Source of the DNA: a virus
Lineage: Duplodnaviria > Caudoviricetes
DNA length: 64,000 nucleotides
IMG/VR virus record: IMGVR_UViG_3300033066_001054
Direction: 5' to 3' (one strand)
Below the pieces are notes generated by a model, which did not search any database, was not told the DNA's origin, and saw nothing but the letters and a program-made list of their open reading frames with translations. How positions within the stretch are numbered: the stretch's first letter is position 1; each line of letters starts with the position of its first letter. This document shows positions 47,181-56,830 of the stretch, piece by piece. The position numbers and the translations under genes were made by a program.

Positions 47181-49562
47181 ATGAGGAAAGACGGACAAAA
47201 TGCACCGCGCCTACAGAGTGTTATTACTGAAGCTGTAGAACGAGTCAGTAACATACAACCGAGAAACACCATTGGTGCTCGAGAACACCCTACTATTCGC
47301 AGTGCTCGCTCATCATCAGATGTAAAGAGAGACATTCGCGCTCGATACGCATTTGTTAACGGTGGTCAAAACACCATTACAACCGCGCCCAATTTTTACA
47401 CCCCGTTCACGACACCAAGCTCTTTTCAGATTCCAACAAACAGAATCGAAGAGTATTTATGGGCACAATGGTTCTTTGATAACGAACCTGCTGTTGCGGC
47501 CTCAATTGAGTTCTATACAGATTTTCCGCTTTCTGGTTTTCAGCTAGAGTGCGGAAACTCTAAGGTTCTTGAGTTCTATCAGCAGATGGTCAAAGATTTG
47601 GATTTTGCCAGATTACTTCCGCTGATTAGCCAAGAATACCATCTCCGAGGCGACGTATTTGTATATGCATCGCTTGATTGTGAGCATTGTGGCGGCACAG
47701 GCGTCGACCAAGATACACATGAACCATGCGAACACCTTGGTGCCAAATGGAAAAGCATCACACTGTTGAACCCCACTCAAGTAGAACTTAGTCCATCCAT
47801 GATGGACATGCAACCAATCTACTATTACATGCCAGATGAAGGCATGAAAAAGGTCGTTCAAGAAAGAAAGCCAATTGCAACATATAAGTCAATTCCAGAT
47901 GCAATCAAGGCTTATATCATGAAGAATGAGCCAATTCCTTTAGACCCAGTGTGTATCCACCACTTTAAGAGAGGTGCGGCACCTTGGCAACCATTCGGCC
48001 GCAGTATGGTGCGAAGGCTATTCCCCACACTGGTATACAAAGACAAGCTGCGACAAGCACAGTATCTTGTTGCGGAAAGACATATTTTGCCGTTCAAGAT
48101 TGCCAAGTTGGGCAATGACGACCGACCAGCCAGCGAGCAAGACCTTGAAATGATTGCAGAGGAAATTGCCAATGTTGCCAACGACCCGTTGATGACAATG
48201 ATTGCACCTCACACATTTGAACTCGATTATGTCGGAGCAAGTGGCAAAGTACTACAGCTTACAAATGAATTCGAACTTATCAATCAAGATATTTTCGATG
48301 GGTTTATGCTTAACAAGGCCCTGCTTAATGGAGAAGGTCCTTCGTATGCCAACGCACAAGTTGGTCTGCTCAGTATGGGTCAAAGACTCAATAAGCTGCG
48401 CGGAGAAATCGCGCACTGGATTGAAGAAAACCTGTTCAAGCCAGTTGCAGAGTGGAATGGATTTGAAGTTGACAACAAGCGCGGTGGAACCAAGCTGGTT
48501 TACCCCACAGTAAAGTGGGATGATTTGCAGCTACGAGACAACACCAATCTGCTTCAGATTGCTATGCAGGCACGGCAAGCCGGCGACCTGTCTTCGCAGA
48601 CAATGCTTGGGCTCATGGATATTAACTATGACCAAGAAATTGAAAGACTGCGTATGGAAAACAGCTATTCAGTCTCTACATCTCCAATGTTGCCTGCCGG
48701 CGAAATGGGTAATGGATACCGAGGTCCAATGGGTGGAGGAATGCCACCAATGGGTGGAGGAATGCCACCAATGGGCGGTGGAATGCCGCCGATGGATGGA
48801 GGTATGGGTATGCCACCGGCTGCGCCTGGTGGAATGCCACAAATGCCAATGGCGTCAAGCAATACTCCAGAAGAGAACTATCGAGAGGCTGTGTCATTCA
48901 CTAATGCAATACACGATAGCGTTCGCACCAGCTTCTACAATCATACACGCGAAGTTTACGCCAACAAGTACAAGTCTGAAGCGCATCGACACTTTATTGA
49001 ATCGCAATGTCCAATTGATGGCACCGGATTCAGAGGTGCATTAGCCACAGAACTCAGTCCGTTGATTGACCCCCTAGATGACCATGGTCAATATCATGGT
49101 GGAGACGAATCGGTTCCTATGAATCCTCTTGCAATGCAAGAACGACAAAGCGATGTATCAAACGGTTGGATTCGCGAGGCCAGAAAACCATCCAAAGATG
49201 AAGAGTTCAGACCAAGTCCGTATCAGAAATTCACAAGCTGGGAAAACAAACTATACGGAATCGTTTTGAGCATCAATCCTCCACTACCGTTCTATGCACA
49301 ATACGCTGCTGGTCCGGATGACCAGTATAGGCTTGATGGCGCGTTCCCTGATATTCAATTGGGCGTTGAGGCCGATAGTGAAACCTATCATTCAACTCCA
49401 GAATATATTGAAAGAGACCGCTACCGAGATTCACAATTGGCAGCACAGGGCTGGACCTTGTTGCGATTTACAGAGAACGAGCTTAAGGAAAGACCAGACG
49501 AGGTTCAGGCGTTAATTATGCGCACCATCCAGCATCTAATCAAGCGCAAGCTCGGAAACTAA
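47181..49562 (+). CDS. portal protein with a C-terminal DUF559/Vsr-like endonuclease domain
   Basis: WFFDNEPAVAASIEFYTDFP, GDVF, IHHFKR..PWQPFGRS, YANAQV, WDDLQL portal-like motifs; upstream of protease-scaffold-MCP; C-terminal YRLDGAFP..GVEADS..YH..RDRYRD..GWTLLRF. Confidence 0.8.
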   Translation: MRKDGQNAPRLQSVITEAVERVSNIQPRNTIGAREHPTIRSARSSSDVKRDIRARYAFVNGGQNTITTAPNFYTPFTTPSSFQIPTNRIEEYLWAQWFFDNEPAVAASIEFYTDFPLSGFQLECGNSKVLEFYQQMVKDLDFARLLPLISQEYHLRGDVFVYASLDCEHCGGTGVDQDTHEPCEHLGAKWKSITLLNPTQVELSPSMMDMQPIYYYMPDEGMKKVVQERKPIATYKSIPDAIKAYIMKNEPIPLDPVCIHHFKRGAAPWQPFGRSMVRRLFPTLVYKDKLRQAQYLVAERHILPFKIAKLGNDDRPASEQDLEMIAEEIANVANDPLMTMIAPHTFELDYVGASGKVLQLTNEFELINQDIFDGFMLNKALLNGEGPSYANAQVGLLSMGQRLNKLRGEIAHWIEENLFKPVAEWNGFEVDNKRGGTKLVYPTVKWDDLQLRDNTNLLQIAMQARQAGDLSSQTMLGLMDINYDQEIERLRMENSYSVSTSPMLPAGEMGNGYRGPMGGGMPPMGGGMPPMGGGMPPMDGGMGMPPAAPGGMPQMPMASSNTPEENYREAVSFTNAIHDSVRTSFYNHTREVYANKYKSEAHRHFIESQCPIDGTGFRGALATELSPLIDPLDDHGQYHGGDESVPMNPLAMQERQSDVSNGWIREARKPSKDEEFRPSPYQKFTSWENKLYGIVLSINPPLPFYAQYAAGPDDQYRLDGAFPDIQLGVEADSETYHSTPEYIERDRYRDSQLAAQGWTLLRFTENELKERPDEVQALIMRTIQHLIKRKLGN
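48729..48812 (+). repeat. 21-bp coding tandem repeat (MGGGMPP, 3-4 copies)
   Basis: atgggtggaggaatgccacca twice exact, then two degenerate copies. Confidence 0.85.
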
Positions 49563-49563
49563 C

Positions 49564-49590
49564 AAATTGGCGGCTTTCGCCGCCAATTTT
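49564..49590 (+). terminator. intrinsic terminator, possibly bidirectional
   Basis: AAATTGGCGGC-TTTC-GCCGCCAATTT-T. Confidence 0.8.
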
Positions 49591-49692
49591 ACTTATTCCA
49601 GACGATTTTTTGAAAACAAGTAGGTCTAACACCAAACATTACCGAACGCACATATAGACGGTAACTTTTCAAAAAGTTGTTTTGGAGCAAGC

Positions 49693-52600
49693 ATGTTACG
49701 AAAGGGCATATCAGGAAGCCTCATTGGGCGCAATCAAATAGAATTCATTGACCCTGCCGAGGCTCGGCGGGTAATCATTGCTGCCAAAAAGGGTAAACAA
49801 AGCCTGTACGCAGACCCATCAGATGTACTGAATCGAGACGTTGACGGCGATTTCGATTTGTTGAAAGAAATGAACGACCGCCAGGGATACAATCTCTTGT
49901 GGGTCAGATGCCGTGCAATTGACGCAGACACAGTCAACGCAAACGGCGATTACTTCTCAGCAGAAGAACTTCTTAAAGAAGTCATTCACAACGGCAAAAA
50001 GGTCCCGGCCTACAAAACATTTGAAGGCTGCCCAATCCACACCAATCATGATAACAAAGACATCATGAAGGCCAAGGGTGAGGTCGTCTATGCAGAGTGG
50101 GACGATAAAAACCAGTGCGTGTGGTGTACGTTCTACATCTCAGAAGACGCATACCCAGAGATTGCCAATGGTATTCGTATTGGTATGATGAGCGATGTCT
50201 CAATGGGATGCACGGTCGAAAGCGGCTTGTGTTCTGTTTGTGGCAAAGAAGCCGTTCGTGTTGATGACTACTGCGAGCACCTTAAGAAATACAAAGGCAA
50301 GAGATTGCCTGGCACGAACACTAAGGTATACGAAAAGAACAAGGGTATCAAGTTTATTGAACTTTCGCTGGTCAATGATGGCGCATTTGACAGTTGTGCA
50401 ATTAGCGAACTATACGACCAAGACGAGCTAACCCAAAAAGCGCTTGAACTCAATCGCAGAGTTGCAGAAATTCGAAATCATGTTTTGACCGCTGGTCATC
50501 TTACGGCCGGAATGACGCCATCTGTGCGCAACGCATATGAAGGCATGTTGAGAACTGTCGTCAGTACAACAACAACTGCTGTCAGAGTAGCACAGACGCA
50601 AGTAGACAATCCGCAATTGCTGGCCACTAATGGCGCAAATGCCAATTCTACCGTTGCTGGAATTTTGAAAGCACTGGGAATGGATGCTAGGCAACAACTC
50701 AATGTACTTGACTTGCTTAATGTTGCGCTTAACTTCCTAGAAGTGGCAATTATGCAAATGTTCACACGCAAAGACAATGTTGATTTGCAACATGTGTCAA
50801 AGATTGCCAAAGCGATGTCTGACCTTCAAGGCACAATGCAAGACCTGATTGATGACGGTGTTGATTCACCGGTCGGAGCAACAGCGGGTACTGGTGGTGC
50901 CGCAGGCACATTACTTAATCCAGGTGGTGGTCAAACAGGACAAGCACCTGCTGGTCAAACACCGGGGCAGCCAGCACAACCATATAGCCCGGCAGAAGGT
51001 GGTGTCGGACAAATGATGTCACCTGTTCAAGTGAGTGAAAGGTCATTCACTACTGAAAAACCACTCAACCCCTTACTTGGTGCAAGCAATAAACACCAAT
51101 TGGTATGGGCAAACAAGGATGGTTCAGAGGAGCGCGAAGTATACGCATCGCGAAAATCTGGCACCGATAATATAGAACGATTTGGTCAAAGTCTATTGGC
51201 TTTGGCCGAAAGCGTTGGGGCTGGCCCACTGGCGGCACCAATGTCCACACGTGCCGCTAATAACGAGCAACCAGTGAGAAGCACCAAGAAAGTGCAAAAC
51301 AACGGAGACACAACCAAGATGAAAAACCCATTCCAGAGAATCGCAAGCAAATTGCGTGAAAGGAAGCCACTCGAAGTCTCGTTCTCAGCAGAGGCTCACA
51401 GTCCTGATACCAACCACAGAATTGTAGTTTCAACGAGAGGAGATATTGAAGGCTACTATATGAACCGGCTCGCCAATTGGAAGCCGCAACTCAGCGACGA
51501 CATCATTAGTGCAATTGAACAAGAGAATCTTGATTTTGCGCTTCCTGTTTTAATGGAAGACTTCCAGAATCATGTTCGAACTGCACAAGCCAAAAACATT
51601 GACATTTGGTCAGATATTGACCTTGAGCCAGAAGGCGAAAAGGATGTCAAAGAAAACGCACTTGAGGGTGAACGACACCCAGTAAAGGGCGAAGGCGAAA
51701 TCATTGATAGCTATGTCAAGACAAAGCGAACAGAACCCGCTGGTGACAGAACCAGAGAGGATGAACTTGAAGCCAAAAGAACAGGCACGGATTCTAAGGT
51801 CAAAGAAGAGTTGCTCGAAAACGCTGGTCTGTATGCACGTCGAGACAATGGCCAGGAAGTACACGACTTCCTAGTTGACGACGCACGCTGTGGATGCCCC
51901 GACGAACATATTGAAGAGAGACTCAAGGGTCGACATGGTCGCAATGACAAGGTGGAAACACGCAAACTCGCAAGCAATATCGCTACCGAACTCGGTCGCG
52001 CCGCTTATGCTGCTCGCGTAACACCAGAAGAGATTATCGAAGTCTCTACAAAGATTGCACAACGAGAAGACCTTGAGGAACTAATCGCATTAGCATCTCT
52101 GGGTACAGATACTCGAGAGCGAACTGCTCAACGACACGCATTCTTTAACAACTCATCTGTAATGCTGGGTGCAGAGAACGCTATCTATCACGGTCTCGGC
52201 AAGATTGTCAGTGATGACATCAAAGCCGGCGACGTTGTCGATGGTCTTCGTGCAGTGATTAGTGAGCGAGAACTCGCTGGCAAATTGATTACTCGAATTG
52301 CCAAAACAATGGTTGAAAACTCACCAACAACTTATGCCGATGTTGTGGTCAAAGCATCTCGTGAAGAACAACTGCGAACTGCTTTGAATTCTCTTGCAGA
52401 TGGCGAGACTGAAACTAGTCGAGGTCATCTCAAGGCCGTGCTTTGCGCTCTAGCAGGAGCTGCAGACGAGTGCCAAGCCGCACCTGAAGAAGTTATCAAT
52501 GTGATTGCATCACGCAATCCTGGTGAAATCTTCGAAACACTCGGCATGTACAACAGCGCAAGTGCCCGAGAGGCACGCAAGACCCTTCGACAAAGAGAAG

Positions 52601-53949
52601 AGTTCTACGGCAAGCGAATGGCATCAAAGAAAGATGTCGAGAACACAGTGTTCGGCTGGATGTCAGATTTTGTCCACGATGGTCGAATCGACAGCTACGC
52701 ACTTGCTGAAGCCGCAAGCCTTCTTGGAGCACGACCTGTTGCTGCAACCAATTTGCTTGGTCGACTACTCGAGCGACAAGCAGCTATTTCGGTTACGGAT
52801 GAAAAATGCACAACCAAGAGGCTTACAGCCACTGTGAGTGACTTCGAAGACCTAGACCCCAAGTCAAGCGACTTCGACCAGCAGTTCAGAATGCGTGCAA
52901 TGGACATCTTCCGACAAGCTGGTTATGATGTTGACGATGGCACATTCAATCTTACGAGTTTGAGCGTTGACCAGTCTGGAAACATTCAAGCCGAGGTTTC
53001 TGCACGACTCACCAAGACATTCTGTGTCGAGGGAAGCACAGCAGGCGCAGGCATGGGCGTAGTAGACGACTTGCCAGTTGAGGCCACTATTGCAGAAAAT
53101 GCACCAATGGAAGACGAATCTGGCAATCTCTATACTGTTTCAGCCATGGATGTGCTTGGAATGGAGCGAACTGCTCAAGCCGCACCAGGAATGGGCGGTG
53201 CAATGGGCGGCGGAATGGGAATGCCACCAGCAGCACCAGCAGGCGGTGGTGTTGACCCATTAGCCGGCGCTGCTGACCCAATGGGTGGAGGTTTTGCCTC
53301 AATGACAGTGCCTAGCGAATCTGGGGCACCAGGAACCGAGGCTGTTGATAACCCTGCAAATGCAGACGATATGTCAGAGCCAGGCACCAAACAACCATGG
53401 GGAACCGTGTGTCCTGTTTGTGGTTCGAAGAATGTCAGCATTGCTAACGGCGAAGGCGAATGCCAGAGCTGTGGCACACAACTGAAGTTCAAGCTGATGG
53501 TCGAAGCCGCACCAAGCACAGATGATGCTGGTGGTGATGGTGAAGGCGCAGATGCTGGAATGGGCGATATGGGTGCAGATGCTGGAATGGGTGATATGGG
53601 CGCAATGCCTGGTGGCGATATGGGCGCAGCACCTCCAATGCCTGCAGGTGGAGCACCAACCGACCCAATGATGATGCAAGCAAGTTGGACAAGTTCGCCA
53701 TTGGTATGGCAACGATTTGCCTCGGCTGGACAAGGCGTTTCTGAAAAAGAAGCAGCTAAGGCCAGACAAGCAATGAAACAATTGCCAGTTGGCCATGTTT
53801 GCCCAGGTTGTGGCGACCGCGAACAAATCGAAAAGATTCGAAACAAGACCATTTGTACTGCTTGCGGTACGGTGGCTGTTTCCAAGGTCGCAGCAGTAGA
53901 AGGACAACCAAATCTGCTGTCCAACACCATCTACTGGATACTCGAATAA
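49693..53949 (+). CDS. prohead maturation protease with a long scaffold-like C-terminal extension
   Basis: VNANGDYF..EEL..YKTFEG.P.HTNH..KG.V, VSMGC.V...CSVCG..CEHL, FIELSLV..GA; C-terminal CxxC zinc ribbons; lies between portal and MCP. Confidence 0.8.
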   Translation: MLRKGISGSLIGRNQIEFIDPAEARRVIIAAKKGKQSLYADPSDVLNRDVDGDFDLLKEMNDRQGYNLLWVRCRAIDADTVNANGDYFSAEELLKEVIHNGKKVPAYKTFEGCPIHTNHDNKDIMKAKGEVVYAEWDDKNQCVWCTFYISEDAYPEIANGIRIGMMSDVSMGCTVESGLCSVCGKEAVRVDDYCEHLKKYKGKRLPGTNTKVYEKNKGIKFIELSLVNDGAFDSCAISELYDQDELTQKALELNRRVAEIRNHVLTAGHLTAGMTPSVRNAYEGMLRTVVSTTTTAVRVAQTQVDNPQLLATNGANANSTVAGILKALGMDARQQLNVLDLLNVALNFLEVAIMQMFTRKDNVDLQHVSKIAKAMSDLQGTMQDLIDDGVDSPVGATAGTGGAAGTLLNPGGGQTGQAPAGQTPGQPAQPYSPAEGGVGQMMSPVQVSERSFTTEKPLNPLLGASNKHQLVWANKDGSEEREVYASRKSGTDNIERFGQSLLALAESVGAGPLAAPMSTRAANNEQPVRSTKKVQNNGDTTKMKNPFQRIASKLRERKPLEVSFSAEAHSPDTNHRIVVSTRGDIEGYYMNRLANWKPQLSDDIISAIEQENLDFALPVLMEDFQNHVRTAQAKNIDIWSDIDLEPEGEKDVKENALEGERHPVKGEGEIIDSYVKTKRTEPAGDRTREDELEAKRTGTDSKVKEELLENAGLYARRDNGQEVHDFLVDDARCGCPDEHIEERLKGRHGRNDKVETRKLASNIATELGRAAYAARVTPEEIIEVSTKIAQREDLEELIALASLGTDTRERTAQRHAFFNNSSVMLGAENAIYHGLGKIVSDDIKAGDVVDGLRAVISERELAGKLITRIAKTMVENSPTTYADVVVKASREEQLRTALNSLADGETETSRGHLKAVLCALAGAADECQAAPEEVINVIASRNPGEIFETLGMYNSASAREARKTLRQREEFYGKRMASKKDVENTVFGWMSDFVHDGRIDSYALAEAASLLGARPVAATNLLGRLLERQAAISVTDEKCTTKRLTATVSDFEDLDPKSSDFDQQFRMRAMDIFRQAGYDVDDGTFNLTSLSVDQSGNIQAEVSARLTKTFCVEGSTAGAGMGVVDDLPVEATIAENAPMEDESGNLYTVSAMDVLGMERTAQAAPGMGGAMGGGMGMPPAAPAGGGVDPLAGAADPMGGGFASMTVPSESGAPGTEAVDNPANADDMSEPGTKQPWGTVCPVCGSKNVSIANGEGECQSCGTQLKFKLMVEAAPSTDDAGGDGEGADAGMGDMGADAGMGDMGAMPGGDMGAAPPMPAGGAPTDPMMMQASWTSSPLVWQRFASAGQGVSEKEAAKARQAMKQLPVGHVCPGCGDREQIEKIRNKTICTACGTVAVSKVAAVEGQPNLLSNTIYWILE
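53545..53598 (+). repeat. 27-bp coding tandem repeat (GADAGMGDM twice)
   Basis: ggcgcagatgctggaatgggcgatatg / ggtgcagatgctggaatgggtgatatg. Confidence 0.75.
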
Positions 53950-53951
53950 GG

Positions 53952-54043
53952 TTTGCCGCGAACCTATCGCGGCAAATTATTCCCTCTCGAGGGGACTTTT
54001 TTAAGAATCTCGCTCACTTTCGTAGGTGAGCGAGATTCTTTTT
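53952..54043 (+). terminator. three tandem stem-loops (terminator or structured leader)
   Basis: TTTGCCGCGA/TCGCGGCAAA; TCCC..GGGA plus T6; AAGAATCTCGCTCAC/GTGAGCGAGATTCTT plus TTT. Confidence 0.7.
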
Positions 54044-54121
54044 CATAAGAAGCCAGATAGACGAAGTGTTGGCAAGCGCCGATACCCCACCCAAATCATA
54101 AATTAGGGAGCAAATCTGACT

Positions 54122-56038
54122 ATGGCTACAACAAAACAAGAAGGAGGACTGGACGCACGCACCAAAGCGGTTCGCTTGGCAATGCTACAGGAATCCGACG
54201 CGGACGATTTTCGACAATGCGTTCGCGAAGTGCAAGCCAGTACAGGACTTTCCGAAGCGGAAGCTCGGATTGTTGCTGGAGCACTTAGAAGTGAAATGCT
54301 TCCCAAGGTCGCTCAATCTCTCGGACTAGAGGAGGATGACATTGCAGACTTTGCAAACAAACTCCCAGGTGACGAAGATGATGCAGACGGGGAGCAACCG
54401 ACCACAGATTTCGCTGACGACAAGGTTGAAGACGAAGATGACTTCGTTGAAGAACCACAAGATGATACAGCCGCCATTCGAGGGGATGCTCTCGATATGG
54501 GTGGTGAAGACGCCATCGAAGACGACATGAGCGATGTAGACGACTTGGGTACAGAACAGACCCTTGAGATTCAAGTGCCTGCGGGCAAAGTAGACGAGGT
54601 TCAAGAAGCGATTCGTTCGATTCTTGGAACCGATGCTTTTGGCCTTGGCGGAGATTCTGAATTCAATTTCAAAGACGACGAAGAAGGAGATTTTGGAGAT
54701 GAAAATTTCGAAGATATGCCTTTGGAAGACGATGACGAAGATTTGAATTTCGAAGATGAAAACATTGGGGAAGACGCCCCGAACACAGGAAAACAGGTGA
54801 TTAGCATGTCCAACAAGCAAAAGGCTGGCCGTGAAGTCAGGGCTGCTGATGAGCAGGTGAAACCAAAAGACCGAGGTCTTGGAAGTGACACTAGCCACGG
54901 AGGCAAACCTTTCCAATATGCGGCAGATGCCCAATATCAGGGTGAAGACAAACGACCTGGCATGACCCTTGAGGACAGTGCAGGCAATTCACTCCGCGAC
55001 CAAAACCCGACTTTCGCAGACGCGACAGTCCCCGCCAAAAACCCCGAGAAACTTCAGTTGAAGAACTCGTACAAGACCTTCAAATACGAAGGTGCCGATG
55101 GTGACATCGAGTACGACATGAGCAGCGAAGTTTTCGAAGTCCCCTCTGCCGGTGAAAAGGCCGGAGGCGAATTTGAAGTTCCAACTCAAATGACCAGTAC
55201 TCTTGACCGCAAGACTACTGTGGCCACTTTGAATAGTAACGTCGAAAGAGTCGCTGGGGAAAAAGCAACCGACGACAGTGATTATGTCACTGCAAACAAC
55301 GAAGAGCTTTATGTTACTTCTGACAATCGCACCGTAGGTCGCGATGAGTTCGAAGAGCATGTCATTGACACCTTGGTGGCAAGCGGCATGACAGAGAAGG
55401 AAGTACTTGCGATGTCATTCGCAGAAGGGCTCGAGCTATACGGCAATATTGTCGAACAGCGCACTGCTGCAAGCAATGCAATGGGCGACATTACCCGCGC
55501 ACATGCTGAAAGGCAGGCTCGCATCAATAAACTGGCAGCCGACATTAAGGTCGAGATTGCTGGTGGAACTGAAGAGCCAGATGGCACAGACGAGACAATT
55601 GAGGAAGCCCTTAAGGAATCTCGAGAAGCCATGAGAGACACATTCATCCGCGAGGCTGAATTGTTCAAAAAGCGCGTTAAGGCCGCTTATGGCGTAACTA
55701 CTCGACTCGTAATCGCTGGAATTATCAACGATAACGAAGTTGACAATCACGTAGACACTTGGCTCAAGGATAACCTGAGCGTGGGTGCCATGCTTAAGCA
55801 AGGCAACTTCATGCTTCGGGCTGCGTCCAAGACGACCGACCGCACCGTACAAGCCGGCAACAACAGTGGCAACACTCGAACTGCTGGAGTATCGGTAAAC
55901 CCTGCCCTTGTAACACCGAATCTCGGTAGCACACAGGAGGTTAAGGACCGTCTCGCCAATCTTTTCACTGTTGGTGGAATCCCACGTAACGCATTTGATG
56001 CTTACAAAGATAACGACAACAACAGCAGGGACTTTTAA
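54122..56038 (+). CDS. putative capsid scaffold protein
   Basis: Very acidic with a helical C-terminus; positioned between the protease and decoration/MCP genes. Confidence 0.6.
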   Translation: MATTKQEGGLDARTKAVRLAMLQESDADDFRQCVREVQASTGLSEAEARIVAGALRSEMLPKVAQSLGLEEDDIADFANKLPGDEDDADGEQPTTDFADDKVEDEDDFVEEPQDDTAAIRGDALDMGGEDAIEDDMSDVDDLGTEQTLEIQVPAGKVDEVQEAIRSILGTDAFGLGGDSEFNFKDDEEGDFGDENFEDMPLEDDDEDLNFEDENIGEDAPNTGKQVISMSNKQKAGREVRAADEQVKPKDRGLGSDTSHGGKPFQYAADAQYQGEDKRPGMTLEDSAGNSLRDQNPTFADATVPAKNPEKLQLKNSYKTFKYEGADGDIEYDMSSEVFEVPSAGEKAGGEFEVPTQMTSTLDRKTTVATLNSNVERVAGEKATDDSDYVTANNEELYVTSDNRTVGRDEFEEHVIDTLVASGMTEKEVLAMSFAEGLELYGNIVEQRTAASNAMGDITRAHAERQARINKLAADIKVEIAGGTEEPDGTDETIEEALKESREAMRDTFIREAELFKKRVKAAYGVTTRLVIAGIINDNEVDNHVDTWLKDNLSVGAMLKQGNFMLRAASKTTDRTVQAGNNSGNTRTAGVSVNPALVTPNLGSTQEVKDRLANLFTVGGIPRNAFDAYKDNDNNSRDF

Positions 56039-56059
56039 GGAAACACAGGAGAAATAGCA

Positions 56060-56806
56060 ATGGCAATTCGCGAGCTTCAAAGCGTAGTCCACCTTCAATA
56101 CGAAAGCAAGGCCGATTCAAACGTCCAGAACCTCTGGCACGCAGGTCAGGTTCTCGCTATGGAATGGCAGGCAAGCGCTAACAATACAACACAAGGTTTG
56201 GTCCGCCTCGCAAACCGTGGTGACAGTTGGACGACAACTTCGTCTGGTGTCCTCGACAACCCCGGTACAGAGGTACGAGCAAACATCGTAGGTCTTTCTG
56301 CCGACGACACGGCGCGAACTGGCAACACCGGCATTTATGTCGACCCAGTCGGTTCCACCTATGTTGGCACAGGTGTAGGTTCTTCCGCATCGTTTACCGA
56401 CAACACAAATGGTTTCTATTCAGCGACCAAGCGTGCTCTCGGTGACTATCAGGATGAGCGCATCACCAACGTCACAAACTTGACTGATTCGAACTCCGGT
56501 TACGCCGGTCCTCGACGCTCAGTCGCCGTTTATGCAACACCATCTGCGCAGTTCCTCGTGGACAGCACAGCATTCGTGTCAGCACAGACAGCCACAACTA
56601 ACGGTACGTATCTGGACCAATCTCTTGGTACAGCGTTCGCCCCTGGCGACATTCTTACTGTTGGTGCAGGTGTGTTTGCGAGCGCAAACAACTTCGGTTG
56701 CTTGGTTCGACGCACAGCGGCTGCCGATGGTACTGCTATCGCCCGATTGGACGAGTACAACAGCACCAGCGGCCTTATGAAAATTACACTCTTGATGAGT
56801 CTGTAA
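56060..56806 (+). CDS. putative head decoration/cement protein
   Basis: Directly upstream of MCP, SD AGGAGA, beta-rich G/T/S composition, AGQVL..VGLSADD..FAPGDILTV pattern. Confidence 0.6.
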   Translation: MAIRELQSVVHLQYESKADSNVQNLWHAGQVLAMEWQASANNTTQGLVRLANRGDSWTTTSSGVLDNPGTEVRANIVGLSADDTARTGNTGIYVDPVGSTYVGTGVGSSASFTDNTNGFYSATKRALGDYQDERITNVTNLTDSNSGYAGPRRSVAVYATPSAQFLVDSTAFVSAQTATTNGTYLDQSLGTAFAPGDILTVGAGVFASANNFGCLVRRTAAADGTAIARLDEYNSTSGLMKITLLMSL

Positions 56807-56830
56807 GCAGGGGTATAGGAGATAACTAAC

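Noticed and set aside
10723-56098. Long antisense ORFs (e.g. 10723..11487, 42548..43261, 44564..45439, 53175..53930, 55436..56098)
   Set aside because: They are shadows of codon-biased + strand genes, with no recognisable motifs or translation signals
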